From assembly GCA_030265395.1 (NCBI GenBank), contig JARFYF010000104.1:79560013-79624012 (forward strand): a DNA stretch of 64,000 bases. The letters run 5' to 3'. The notes below the pieces were generated by a model. It had not been told where the DNA came from, ran no database searches, and was given only the letters and a program-made list of their open reading frames with translations. Positions 12,861-26,952 of the stretch are shown piece after piece. How positions within the stretch are numbered: position 1 is the stretch's first letter; every line of letters begins with the position of its first letter. Position numbers and translations under genes: made by a program. Origin of the DNA: Rhina ancylostomus. Its lineage: Eukaryota.

Positions 12861-15029
12861 GAAACTACTTTGTTCCTAAACTTCTTTGCCACAGTTGCGA
12901 TAACTTTGTTAAATTCTTTCCTTCATTATATAATCGACTTCCTCAAGATTGCAATGCACATAATGTGACAGAAGCAGAGAGAGAATAATGCTGCAATAAA
13001 AGTCCATGATGAGCAGTGCAGCATGGCAAACCTTTTAACCCTCATTGAAAAATATTATGTACAGAACAACAAATTGCTCTAATGGTAGAGTGTGGATAAT
13101 GAGACCACACATGAAATAGAAAACGGCAAATGGAAAACATGCTCAACATGCTTGATCTACTTGATCTAAAATGCCAAAAGTTATCACAAGCAACCATTAT
13201 TATAAGATAAAGGCAAAGTACTATAGATGCTGGAAATCTTAAAACACAATTTTAAAATTGCAGGAACTGCTTGGCAGGTAAAGTAGCACCTCTATCAATG
13301 TTATTGTTATCAAGCTCACAGAGTCATCAATTTGAATTTGTAATTCTGTTCCTCTCTTCATAGATCCCGCCTGACCTGTTGGGTGTTTTCAGCAATTTTT
13401 AAATTTAATTCTAAAATCTTTCCTTGAACAGAAAATTGGCCCATTATTATCTGGTCAGCTTTGTTTTCATGAGGTTTATTTCTGGGTCCTCCGCTGTTTT
13501 TGCCCGCATTTTACCCCAGGATCAGTTTTGCTGACTGCTGTTAGAATTTGCATCTCAATCAGCCCTTTCCTTGGCTAAATGTAGTTGAGGCTTTTCAGTC
13601 ATTGACTTTTCTGTGTGACTATTGGAAGAAATTTATATATCGTAAAATATATGCCTAGAAAAGATACCTTGATTTTTTAAAAAACTAATGTTTGTATAGA
13701 ATCTGGACCTCGATTCGTCAAGCGACCACAACTCATGGAAGAATTTTGACAGTGAACTTTCACAGGCTGTTCAACAATCGAATTTGTAGCAGAACTCTCA
13801 TTTGATGTCTATGCTCAGGAGAGATCTCTAATTAACAATTACTGCCTAGAAAGTGAACTTTAGGCATTTTGCTATGCTAATTGGATGCTGCTTATGGTGT
13901 TAACACCAAATTGAAGGTCACACAAAAAGAATCAGGGAATTGGGGCATCCCTGCTTTAAGATATAATTATCACAATTGGGTCCCCTTTAAGCGCATTGAA
14001 GCCTGACCTGTATGTTTTACAGACAATGCTTCTTGCTGGATGGGTAGGTGCCACATCACATGTGGGAAGTGGATAAGCACTTTTAAAGAGATCTCTCCAT
14101 GGCAGGAATCATGGAAATGAAAGCAGGTGATGGGTGGGGGAAAGGACACAGGATATGGTAAGGTGCATGGATCTCCCGGGGAGACTCCCTAACTCAATAG
14201 ATGGAAAGGGCTGATTGCATGCCCCATGGCAGAGAGGGGCCCCCATCCTGTGTAAGTAACAACACAAGGCCAATAGATGTAGTGTTCTGCATGCTGCAGT
14301 TAGCAGTTCATAGATCTCTAGATTTTCATGGAAGTCTGATGCTAATGATATTTTAAAATAAAATTTACAGGGCATGCTTTTTCACATACAAAACTGATGC
14401 TCCAAGAGGAACATTCCAATTCATATGTGGTTTACCACTTCCAGTACTTATGATGTACACCTCACTTTATTCTAAGTCTAAGTTGTGACCCCCGCAATAC
14501 AATTTCTGTTAAGTAATTAAAACAGGTCAAGCACATTGAGGACGTCATCGTACTTATCAAAAATGACAGGGAAAAAAACACTTGCATTAGGATGAATCAT
14601 GATATGAAGTGTTAGGTCTAGTTTCCCAATAGGCTAGACTTCAGCAGGAAGTGGGCACCAAAATTTCAAAACAGGTGCAAAACTCTTCTTCTGTGTAAGT
14701 ACGTATATAAAATTGGCACAAACAGGTCCAGTTTCTGGACATAAGTGTAAGAAAGCAGCTTGACCTTCTGATTACTAGATCATTGGAGCAGAACATCTAT
14801 GCAGCATCTGTACTGGTACTCAAACTGAAGCAAGCCATTCTAATACTGACATGGCATCAAACTTGGTTCCTTGTTCAGAATACTTCGTGGGCTATTGGCT
14901 GGCTCTTCAAACCATCTTTACGGTCTTGAATTAACTGTTTTGTTGAGTCAGTGTCAAACAGCTGAAAGAAGACTTGGACACAGCAACAGCACCTCCTAAA
15001 CTTGTAAATGCCACCATCAGGAAGGACCA

Positions 15030-15250
15030 GGAGATCACACACAATCCTGATTGGAAAATACATTACATTTCTTTACTGTCACTAGGTCTACAGCCTGGAA
15101 CTCTCTACCCAACAGCACTGTGGAAGTACCTCCAGCAAAAGAAGTACAGTGGATTAAGCTTACTATGATTTTCTCAAGGGCAGTTTGAGATGGCAATAAA
15201 TGTTGGCTTTGCCAGCAACACCCAGATCTTGAAAAATGAATTAAAAAAAA
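15030..15250 (+). mobile_element. LINE 3' fragment (same tail family)
   Basis: 'ctggaactctctacccaacagcactgtgg...ttctcaagggcag...gcaataaatgttggc'. Confidence 0.6.
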
Positions 15251-18039
15251 TTAATTTGCTATAACGTCAATCTACTTTACCTCATTAAGAATAACAAAAT
15301 GTAGAAATGGTAGCTTTCTTTCATGCATTGAGATGATGGAAAAGTAACAGCAAGTAAACATACAGTTCTTCTCCCTCTTCTTATATGAGGATGGGTTGTT
15401 ATTTTATTTTCAGGAGTGTAACCTCATTCATCATGGCAATGAAGATAAAGTGTAGCCAGTGTGTGTTCAGGGATTTACTTTGGGTCATTAATGCGGGATT
15501 TAAGGAATGTTAACAAGGTGGGCTGTTTGTTAAGCTTGACAGATCAGCTTACAATGCACTGGTCACATACTCCATCTGTACTCAAATGACATTGAGATGG
15601 TATAAGGATTGTTGTCCCCTGCCTAATACAAAGAAAAAAATTTGTCAATGAGACCACCACTCTCTTTTGCATACTTGAAGTGCTGCAGAGCAGTAACTTT
15701 TGGTAACTTGAGCAGGTGAAATTGATGTTTACCATGTATTAGGGTTAATACATTTTAATAAACTTCAATAGATTACTTCCCTTGGTGAAGTTTTATTAAT
15801 ATTGTTGCACATAACCATATATTTTTCATCAAATACTTGTGCCACATAGCAGTGAACGTAACTGACTAGTTCAGTCATATATTCACCATCTCCCCAACGG
15901 ATGAACATCTTGCAGAAATAGCTTAACATGGACGTGTCACTGAAGTAAATTTTACATCAGCTTCATTTTAGTGCAGTATTCCAATCAGACCTATTGTCCA
16001 AATGCATAAAAAACGCAAGGAATCAAAACCTTTCCATGATTGTTGCTTCAATTACTCATATTATAGAAAATGCATTCTCTAAGGATTCCCCATTCCTAGT
16101 TAGTAATGAAACAATTGTAATATTCTGATTCACACATTCACAAAGACATTTTCGATTAAAAATAACTAAATCTAAAATGTATCATTATTTAAAAAAAAAT
16201 CACCAAGCTGGGGGGACTTCTCTCCAGGGTCGAATCAACTCCTGCAAATTCAGAAGATCAGCAGTAAACCTGTTTATGCATCTATCTGGGGCTCCTACCG
16301 ATTTTCCGTAGTTACAGTGGCTAATCAGGAGAATCGCCATGGAAGGATTCAATGCAAGTATTTACTAAAGGACTGCCATTCCTTGCAGGGAATTCTGTAA
16401 GATCAAAACAGGTGTTCTCACAGCATCTGAATTTCAGAATAAAACATAAGTGAAATCCCAGTAAATGATTCAATTTTTAAGAATTTCTAGTGTTCAAATC
16501 CATTAAGGTGTGCAATGTTATACTTTATGCACAGTCTGCAATATTTTAGAAGAGAATGTTGGTGGTGGTAGGGCAGGCTCAGGGCGAGTGGCAAGTAATA
16601 CGGAGGTCATGAAACAAAGGAAATGAAATTTAAATGTTAATCAGTGTCATCCAAACACCCTCAAGAAAGTGTAATCCTTCAGGATATAAAACAGAGAGTG
16701 AAGAAAATCAACTTTTACCAATGAAAGCCTCATTATTTTGGACATCATCAGATCTGTTGATCCAAATTACTACTCGAGATCTATCACAACATAACACAGA
16801 TATAATCTTATAAAAAACACATTAAATTTGGAAACACTAGAAAAAATGTCGACTGTTATGCATAAAACCCAATTAAGTGCATGCAATGTGTTTTAAAAAT
16901 AAATCTCTGCAATTCTAAGAAAGGGATAAAAGAAAAGGGTGCAAGCAAAGAATATTGATTCTTGTTCCTCTCCCCCACAATAGCCTTAATGTTGTCATAT
17001 TGATCTTTTTTTTTCCCTGTACTGTTGCTCCTGAAAGCTCCAAATTTTTAAGAATCAGCCTCTTAACTCTCCTCTCCCTGTGGAAGTCCCTGATCACTTG
17101 CACATGTCCCATCCCTGACATTCTGTATATCTAATTGTCAGATTTCTTTTCTGTTTCAGTGAGTAAAATGCAGTCACCATATTACAGAGGGACTTGTTCT
17201 GGCTTAACCTCAGCTAGATGCCATCATGCGGGAGAAAATACGTTAAAATATCACAGGATAACTCTGTCCGACAAGGCAGAGGCATAAACAGTGTAATGAT
17301 TTCCCTCGAGTTTCACTGCAAGAGAATTGTCACTAAAGTCAACATAAATGGTGACAGATCTTCACTGAGGACACTGGGAAATCGAATGCTGGCATTATAT
17401 TTAGGCTCAGGCCTTTTCATCAGCCAATTATAACACCAAACATCTTACTGAAAACTTGGACAAGACAACTCCAGTAACCTTCTGAGGATAAAACAAATAT
17501 CAGCACTTCAGGACTAAAACTTCAGTGCAAAACAGTTTTTAATATCTGGAGTAACAACATCCATTCATCATCACACAAATCTTTTCAAGTTGCAGAAAGG
17601 TAGCAACTCAAGATGTAAATATTATCTGAGACCAGGTAAGATAATGCTTCTGTAAAAAATACCAAAGCAATTCACCCAATATATGTGAATTATTTTATCA
17701 TGAAAGCTTCTGTGACTACTTCAATAAATGTTAATTGAAAATTGTATCAAGAGATACAGAATTGAGCAGTTCTTAAGAACATTGTTATGCAAGCAAATAC
17801 AGCAGCTTCCAGTAGACTCACTGGAAGGTACTCACAGTAAGGTAACTTATCAATCTGACTAGCTAACCTAGAAAACATTTTAGATCAGAGTGAATTTTCA
17901 GAGTGTTTCATCAATATGGTCAGAGTAGAGAGTTCATAATTACATTCACATCTTTCTAAACACTATTTAAGAAACTTTAAGATATATTTATGATCTAACC
18001 ACTTAAAGCAGTGTGGAGAAACACAGGGGTCAACAATTG

Positions 18040-18960
18040 TAACACAAACTTTGTTTTATATAGTTACTCTAACATAATGAAATGTCCCAAGGCACTTAAT
18101 ATAAATGCTATCAAACAAATTTTTAACAAAAAAATTGTGCCAAACCACAGAAAGAATATTAGAACTGATTATCAAAAATTTGACCAAAGAGGTGGGTTTT
18201 AAGAATAATCTTAAAGGAGGAGAGAAAGATACAGAATTTGTTAGGCAGGAATCTGGATCGTGGGGCCAAGATAACTGAAATGGAGAGATTAAAAGCAGGA
18301 ATGCATAAAGGCCAAAAGGAGATAAACACAGATCTAGAAGGTTCATACAGCTGGAAGTGGTTGCAAAGATGGGGGTGATGGAGGGGGTTCCTGGGAGATT
18401 TGGAGGGTGGTGGCAGGAAATGTGGCAATGGCAGAACCCTTAAAAAAAGGATGATTTTAAAACTGAAGTATTGTTAAAATGAGAACCAGTGAAGATTATT
18501 GACCACAAGTAATGATCAGACTTGGGATTAAAGTGTGGCAGCAGTTTTGAAGAACATAGGTTTAGGTAGGGTGGAGCGCACAGGGAAAGCACTGAAATAG
18601 TCAGATCTGGACATAACAAAGGTATGGATGAAGGTTTCAACAGCAGATGCGCTGAGAAAGGAGACCTTCAGGCCAAGGGGGAAATAGCCTCGATGACAGT
18701 ATATATGTGGTCAATTACTCAGTTCTGTGACAAACACAACTTTAAGATTATGATCCATCTGGCTCAGCTCCATATAATTTCCTGGGATGGGAATAATGGG
18801 CAGGGAGCTGAGTTTATGATGATAGCCAACAAACAATGGCTTTGGTCTTCTGCAAGAAACCTCTGCTCAATAATAGTGGATGTCAGATAAATAGTGTGAC
18901 AAATAGGAGTTAGTGGAGTCATCAAGAGAGGTAATGGTAAGACAAAGCTGATTGCTTTCG
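18040..18960 (-). mobile_element. L2-like LINE 3' fragment, old
   Basis: Degenerate 'FKxxLKTHLF' C-terminal motif in ORF 18159-18428 and an L2-like tail near 18045-18100. Confidence 0.6.
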
Positions 18961-20684
18961 GTATATGTGGAACATGGAACCTACGGTTATAAACATAAAT
19001 ATATACCCACACAATACATTGAGATAGACATATACTATACCTTTCCTTTTATTTTTTCCTTTATTGTTAAAGCACAGTATCCAGATTGTAGAACAACTGA
19101 AAAAAACTTTCACCTAGTAAATCCATCAGATATAAAAGAAACCAGACACCTAAAGGGATGCCACATCCATAGGTTAAGTTAATGCATTGNNNNNNNNNNN
19201 NNNNNNNNNNNNNNNNNNNNNNNNNNNNNNNNNNNNNNNNNNNNNNNNNNNNNNNNNNNNNNNNNNNNNNNNNNNNNNNNNNNNNNNNNATGCATTGTTT
19301 CCCATCATCATTTCTGTCACTGTGAAATTATTTCCACATTGAAGAATGTTCAACTATGCAATGAGTTTCCACGATTTTTGTCTTAGTGATATTTTCTTCA
19401 CATCAAAAACAAGGGATCAGAGAAAGCTCCTGAGATTACTGCTGACATTCCCATTGAAACTAATTACTCTAAACATCAGGTGCCTTGTCCAAGTCAGAAC
19501 CGAATACTGCAGTTGGCATGGGGAATTCAATGTACTTGGGGTTAATGCACTTGTTTCTGTGCTGCTTTCTTCAATCTTTGAAGTCCACGAATATACTAAT
19601 TACATCATTTGCAAAAGAAGATTTCTGTACAATCTTTCTGTTCACAGATAGCACTCAATGCTAACTTTACCAGTTGCATAAAATTGATTTGAATACAAAT
19701 AATACCATATAATTAAACATCACAGAAAAATGAACTACCTCAAGATGCTTTGAGGGAAAAAAATCACAACTCATTGTGACATTAAAACTAAATGCAATTT
19801 TAAAATACATTTCAGTTGAATATTTCATAAATTTCAGCTTGCAGATGTATTGCTGCAGACTGTGGAGAGATGAAGCATGTTACTGTAATTTACCTTGAGC
19901 AGAAAGCTCAAGAACAACTGAAAAGTGGAAACCGATATCAGAACTGATCTCTGGCTGAACCACCCAATACAAGTTGCTATAGGACCCACCTGGAAGGACT
20001 CCATCAAGGGACTTACCCTATCTACCTATGTGCTGACTTGCATTTACCAGACAGGCCTTGACAAGAGCTCAACATTGACCACCATTGATAACTTGCCTGA
20101 AAATGGGAGATCTTGTCAAGGCCTGTTCAGCAAGTGCGTAATAAACATGAGCTCTGATCCTTTGTCCTCATTTTCTGGATAAAAGGCACCAGATGTGAAT
20201 TTTTTGCATTACCTCCCAGGTGGTTGAACCTGTGGATGGACTAATGTGATGTGCATACACAAGTGTTTCAGACCTGTGGACTTGATTTGCCGTTGTGACG
20301 CTGCATAATTTACCCCACCGATGGATGTGATCTTTAGTAGAGCGCATCTTTCCTTGTGAGATATTTCCTTATGACATTGAAGGAGGCCTTTCATACTGTG
20401 TCTATGCTTAGAGCATTCCCAGACTTATCCTCCAAATCAAGTGCCTGCTGACTCTCCTGCCACTAACTTACCCTAAGGCAACAAAGAAAAGGATTTTCTC
20501 AATAAGGCTCAAAATGGATCAGGCTTTCATGACATTGTAAAAGCCACCGAGTGTGTCCAGACGTAGCATGAAGTATTGAAAGAGGCTTGAGGATAGATGT
20601 TGTTACATCTTGGAAAGAATCAGAGCAGAGATACCGAATTGATTCCACCCCTACCCTCACCCCACTGCGCCAGATATACACTTA

Positions 20685-20865
20685 CTTTGAACCCAACATG
20701 GTCAAGACAGATCAACTGGTCATTTATATTGGAGCTGCAAATGGGACCTTGCTGTGTGCAACTTGGCTGCCATGTTTAACTAACAAACTGACAAGATTGC
20801 AAAATTAATTCATTATTAAGTATAATGGGATTTAAGGCACTTTATACATGCAAGCTCATTCTTTC
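20685..20865 (+). mobile_element. Deu-type SINE (SacSINE1/AmnSINE1-related), 3' part
   Basis: 'ctggtcatttat...gggaccttgctgtgtgcaacttggctgcc...ggcactttatacatgcaag' matches the recalled 3' half. Confidence 0.55.
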
Positions 20866-21907
20866 CGCATACAAACGTAAATATATACACATATATTAAA
20901 ACTCTTAGATTTATATGCACTTCCTGTCATTGTTTCTTCCATACATAAGAAACAGCTGATGTACTTCCAAAGCCTCAAGCTGATACATGAATTTCTTCAA
21001 TCTAAACAGAGTAGAGTTCTAAAGAATCGGTGATTTAGACAATTTGAACTATGTTTGTAAGAGTGTTAAAATAACAAGCATTATTATAAAGTCAGCTCCA
21101 TTGAGGAAATGCCATCAAGGCCTCTTTAAAGAATTGCCACAATTGGATGCAAAGATTTGCAAAGATAAGGTGAGGAGCAGGGTACTCAATTCTCCCTTAC
21201 AAACAGAAGAAAAAAATTGAAATGAACATGCCCAGCTGTGAGCTGCTCCATGACTACAGGAAGAAATCAATACCAGCTGAATGCCATCTGCTTGGGGCAG
21301 CAAAATAGTACCGATAGTATGACCCATGCATCTTTTCTTATTGAAAGGTTTTTTGTGCGTGTAAACAGTTCAACCTCACTTCATCCACATGATGCTCATT
21401 TACCAGTTTAAAATCAATAAAATATGCAAAACAAGGGGAAAAAACGAATTTGGAGAGTGGCCCTGATGCCAAAGTGATTGTTAATCAATGTCCTCGCTCA
21501 GTTGCTCAGCAAGATACATTTTTGATTTTGAGAAATCAAGGTGCTATTAAACAGGACTTGAATCTGAAAATATTATGTTTAAGCAGTTTCAGAATTTCAA
21601 AGTATTTCAATAACACTTTAAAAATAAAACACCTATAAAATCCTCTCTAAAATATGGTGTCTCATCCTTCAAAAAAGTTTGCAACAGTGAGCACTTTCTC
21701 ACCTCAAATAACTTTTTATTTAGTTGGAGTGGAAGAAAAGGGAAGCCATTTGCTGTGTCCATGAATTCCATTAATAATCTGCAGAACCATTGATTCTTGT
21801 TCTTGGAATGTACATGGAGTAGTGAGCAGCTTTGAATTCAGTGTCAGTCACTTGAAGACATTTTTCAGCTTTATCCTTTGTGATTCCTACATCCCAATTG
21901 TTGTGCG

Positions 21908-22107
21908 TGGAAGCAAAGGGGTAGCCGACATTTTGGATCGAGACCCTGTATCAGGATTGAGAGTGTACACTCTCAGTCCTGATGCAGGGTATTTTTCCGA
22001 AATGTCAACTACCCCTTTGCCTCCACAGAGGCTGTCTGACTGGCTGAGTTCCTCCAGCAGTTTGTTTTTATTCCAGATGTCAGTATCTGCAGTATCTTGT
22101 GTCTCCA
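21908..22107. mobile_element. Palindromic Penelope-type non-autonomous element
   Basis: ~120-bp imperfect palindrome 21908-22027 centred on gagagtgt|acactctc, followed by the 'ctgagttcctccagcag' family motif. Confidence 0.7.
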
Positions 22108-22233
22108 GTTGTGATGTCTGGCTACCTTCTATCCTTTGGCTCAAAAGAAGTTAGTGCAGACAGGCCAGAAAGAATCCAATTGCCATTTATAAAAGAACAA
22201 AAGCCTTATTGCAATTGTAATGACCTCATTCTG

Positions 22234-22760
22234 TGCTGTTAATTCTCTGTATTTAAGGAAGGATGTGCTGGCCTTGGAGAGGGTCCAGAAAAGGTACACA
22301 AGAATGATCCCAAGAATGAAGGGCTTAACATTTGAGGAGCAATTGATGTCTCTGGGCCTGTACCTGATGGAGTTCAGAAGGATGACAGTGGATCTCATTG
22401 AAACCTACCAGATACTGAAAAGCCTGGATAGAGCAGATGTGGAGAGGATGTTTCTATTAGGAAGACAGTCTAGGATCAGAGGGCACAGCCTCAGAATAAA
22501 GGAACATCCCTTTAAAACTGAGATGAGGAGGAATTTCTTTGGCCAAAGGGTGGTGAATCTGTGGAATTCATTGCCACAGAGGGCTGTGGAGGCCAAGTCA
22601 TTGGGTGTATTTGAGACAGAGATTGATAGCTTCTTGATTGATTAAGGGTTACGGGGAGAAGGCGGAACAATAGGGTTGAAAAAAATCAGCCATGATTGAA
22701 TGGCAGAGCAGACTCAATGGGCTGAATGGCCTAATTCTTCTCCTAGATCTATGGTCTTAT
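22234..22760 (+). mobile_element. CR1-type LINE 3' end, relatively young
   Basis: Open ORF 22220-22645 (LRKDVLALERVQKRYTRMIP...RRNFFGQRVVNLWNSLPQ) followed by the CR1 3' UTR. Confidence 0.9.
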
Positions 22761-22954
22761 GAATATGCAGGGGATGGAGGGATATGGATCATGTGCAGGC
22801 AGAAGAGATTGAGTTTAATTTGGCATCATGTTCAGCACAGACATGCTGGTCCAAAGGGCCTGTTCCTCTGCTGTACTGTTCTACATTCTAGTTCAGTTTT
22901 TATCTATACGTTTCAATTTTCCTGATTTGAAAGGGCAGATTACAAAAATAGTAA

Positions 22955-23240
22955 GGACGGCTTCTATCTCACTGTCATAAGACTCTTGAATGGACCTCTT
23001 GTACGTTGAAGGTGAACTCTTGACCCCACAATCTACCTCGACGTGGCTCTTGCGCCTCATTGTCTACCTGTGCTGCACTTTCTCTGTAACTATAACACTA
23101 CATTCTGCATTCTGTTACTGCTTTTCCCTTGTACTATCTCAGAGTACTTGTGTTTTTGAAATGACCTGTATGGATGGCTTGCAAGATTAAGTTTTTCCAC
23201 TGTATCTCGGTACATGTGACAATAATAAACCAATACCAAC
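22955..23240 (+). mobile_element. Rex1/Babar-like LINE 3' tail
   Basis: Same tail as 37290-37553 and 58700-58990 ('gtacatgtgacaataataaaccaat'). Confidence 0.75.
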
Positions 23241-25959
23241 CTTGAAGTAAATGTACCTCCATATCAGGGAGAAATGTTTATAGAGCCTGCAGCTACAACC
23301 TGCATAATATCTGAGAATCCAGCCACTGTCCTTCAGCATCTAGAAGCAAGGCAAGTGGGAAATATGGAGTGCAATTTACACAATCTCCTGGGGTAGCACA
23401 CACTGGGGTCCATCTTTATCACCAAAAGTAAGCAGTTTTAAAGAAAAACAAAGGACTGCAGATGTTGAAATCTAGATGAAAAACACGATGATGCTGGAGG
23501 CAGGCCAGGCAGTTTTAAATCAGGTGGCAAGTTAAGATGTGAAGCCCTCAAACCTAACCCCAAACTCTTTTGAACTCACCCACTTCTAGTTTTAAAGGAA
23601 GCAAAAAGGAAACCGACCAAACTCATTTGAGAAGTGATTTGCTCTTTGAACTACTTTAATGAGGCTGAAAACCTGAGATTTTAACTGAACTTCGAGATTT
23701 GACACTGGTCCACTTACGATCGCCCTTCACACTGTTCCCACGTTTCTACCTCACTGCTATTTCTAGGAGGCGACTGCTGCAGGGAAATACACGCTTTTGC
23801 AGTACTACTTGTCTGCTATGAAAAGCACACAAGTAGAAAAGTTAGATCCATTGTTCCCTCAGCTTGCATTCATGATTCTAAGTCAAAATTTCTGTTTATG
23901 AAGTAATTTCACTGATCTTATTGCAGTATAAACAGACTATAAATGATCTCTAATGGATTATTCTCTCCAGGTTTATCTGCCACATAATCATAAATTTCAA
24001 AACTATTTCTTACCAAAAACATTTACAAACTAGAATTGACCTTCTAGGTCACCCTGGACTGTAAGTTATTCTGTAGGGAAATATCCAGCTGCCTCCACCC
24101 AGTTGTATGGCCAAGAATAGAAAAAGCAACCAAAAAAAACTAACTAGAGAAATAGCAAATTAAGTCTCATTATGTGCCGCACCACAACTTCCAAATCGTC
24201 TTAAAAATAACTTATTCACATTTCAGTTCCGAAATTCTAAAATGAGAAAATGAATACTTCCCCAAGGATTCCTATACTTTTCCCTTGGTTCTCTCAAAGA
24301 CACTCAGGCACAGCTATCATATCTACTAAAAGCTCTCTTTGGAACCTTTCACTACTATTACTCAGCTTCTCTGCACATTTTCAAGTTGCTAGACATTTTT
24401 CTTGCTGATTCAGGGATGTCCACAATTCTTTATGGAGAACACAGAAATAGATTTAAATCTGAACCAATAGCACAAGTGGATAAAGTCCTGCAAACAGACA
24501 GCAACCACAAATCACTTAAACGATCGTAATAATAGTGCTAATGTTATTGTCAGGCAACTAGAGAAGAGACAGGACCTCAAAAGAGTGAACAAGGGAGTCA
24601 TTTTACAGGCACGGACACTCAGGGACCAAGGCGTAAGCAGCCACAAAAGAAGGTGAATCTACATTAAAATGCATTCTCGTATGATCAGAAATCAGGTTCT
24701 TAACCTTTTGTGGCAACAGGAACCTTCAACATGTGGAAAATAAGAAACCTGCCTAACTTCAGAGGATGTGAATAAATAATTTTGAGTATTAACTGCTAAC
24801 AAGAGTAAATAAATAAGAGGCAGCACAGACAAATATATAAAGAGGTGGAAGAGCTCGTTTCAGTGGTAAGTAGAAAACTACATAATTGGCTACATCAACA
24901 TGAGAAAACTGAAACCAACATGGTAGCTGGTAATTGGTTTATTATTGAAAGAGATACAGTGAAAAGCTTTGCTTTGCATACTATCCAGACAGATCCTTTT
25001 GAACATAAGCTCATTGAGGTAGTACCAAAAGAAAGACTATAGCAGTATATCATGCTACAGTTACGGAGGATGTGCAGTGCAGGTAGTCAAATAAGATGCA
25101 AATTCACAAATCACTACTCAAAAATGTGAGAATAAAATAGTGCAAAAAAGTAAAAAACACAAAATTATTTTTTTCAACTCTGTGTCTTGACATATGCTCC
25201 ACATCACGGAAAATCAAGATACAGTCTGTTTTCTAGGAATGCAACCACCATCCCCTGGAATGTGGGGATCACTTGTGTAGTTTAAGAAGTAACTTCTGAT
25301 TTAGAACAAAACTTTTTGGAAGATGCTGATTTATTGCATGATACTAGTGATTCATTTGTTTGTATTGCTGACAAAACATGCACACACACATCTGCTCTAT
25401 TTCCAACCTAAAATTAGCACTATTTCTTGCAAACAGATAACATTTCATTTATTTCCCAATTTTTATTCATTAGTGTTCTTAATGAAATTGAGGATTTAAT
25501 GCTGAATTACAATTGTATTTGTGCCATAACTTTGCGTTCGATCAAGACCCTGATTGAGTTGGTACCAGCACATTTCATACAGAACTTTGAACAGCCATCA
25601 GAAAGATGAAACTCGCTTGATTGATTTAAGCAAAAGTCAAACCCGTTGTTTAGCAGCAGAGATATTAGCAAAGTCCTTTTGCATAATTTTACTCTGGAGA
25701 TTATTAGGTCTGAATATAAAACAGGATTAATATGTTAGATAATAGGATTATGTTGATCTACCAGCCTCACTCTACCTGTTGTCTGTGCAGCTTCTGGTAA
25801 TATTTGTGGAATTTATATGCTTCNNNNNNNNNNNNNNNNNNNNNNNNNNNNNNNNNNNNNNNNNNNNNNNNNNNNGATTACCTGTTCCTCACCATCAGTA
25901 TACTAATAACAGTGGAATATCTTTGTGTCCATCACTATAACATATTCTTCGTGTCATTT

Positions 25960-26088
25960 AAATAGTGAAAAACTGTGGAAAGCTGCAGCACAAAAGAATT
26001 TAGGGGTTCTTGTACATGAAACAGAGTAATGAAGTACATGAAGGCCACTGTAATATTGGCCCATTTCAAGAGGGTTGGAGGGTAAGGA
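25960..26088 (+). mobile_element. CR1 fragment (5' piece of the element continuing at 26953)
   Basis: Degenerate 'QKNLGVLVHE...ISRGLE' coding. Confidence 0.55.
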
Positions 26089-26089
26089 A

Positions 26090-26945
26090 TAGGCCCCTTA
26101 AGTCTACCCTAACATTTAATATGATCATGGCTGATCTGCCCCCAGCCTCAATACTTCTTCTGTGAATATCCTTCAATTCCCCAATATTTTAAACATTTAT
26201 CTGCCTCTGCTTTCAATACCTCCACTGATCTAGGCTTGACAACCCATCTGCTTATAGAAATGCAGAGACTCATCACCCTCGGTGAGAAGAAATTCCAATG
26301 CATCTCAGTTTTAAAAGAGTGTCTGCTTACCTTGTAACAATGGTCCACTTGTTTGAGACTCTCCTACTAGTGAAAATATTGTCTCTACTCTGTCAGGTGC
26401 CCTTAGGACCTTGCATATTTCAGTAAGATCACTTCTCATTTTTCTAAGTTCCAAAGAATATATATCTAACGATTTTTTTAGCCATTCTTGATAAGACAAT
26501 CTTCTCATCCTAGATGAGTGAATGTCTTCTAGAGATTGCCTCCATTGTTAGTGTATCCTTTCTTAAATAAGGAGACCAAAATAGTATAGTACTCCAGGTG
26601 ATGCCTCACCAACAACCAGTATAATTGCCCCTACGTCTGAATTTAAATCTCTTTGCAATAAATGCCAGCATCCCAACTGCCTTCCTAACTACCTGTTGCA
26701 CCTATATGCTAGTTTTTTGCATTTCAAGCACCAGGGCACCTAGATTCCTCTGTATTCTACTTACTTTCGATCTCTCTCCATTTAGGTAATAGTCTGCTTT
26801 TTGATTCCTTTTACATGTGCATGACTTCGCACATCCCTACACTGAACTCCATTTTTGTTCACTCACTTAACCTACCTATATCCTGTTGCAGAGTTCAAAT
26901 ATTCTCATTGTAGCATGTCCTCCCTAATTTAGTGTCATCAGCTAA
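26090..26945 (-). mobile_element. CR1-type LINE 3' fragment
   Basis: ORFs 26148-26348 and 26311-26508 carry CR1 C-terminal motifs (SLELRKMRSDL, FKTEMHWNFFS). ADDTK-like 'gctgatgacactaaa' at ~26930. Confidence 0.85.
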
Positions 26946-26952
26946 CTTTGAA

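Noticed and set aside
22220-22645. 141-aa open ORF
   Set aside because: CR1 ORF2 C-terminus, not a host gene.
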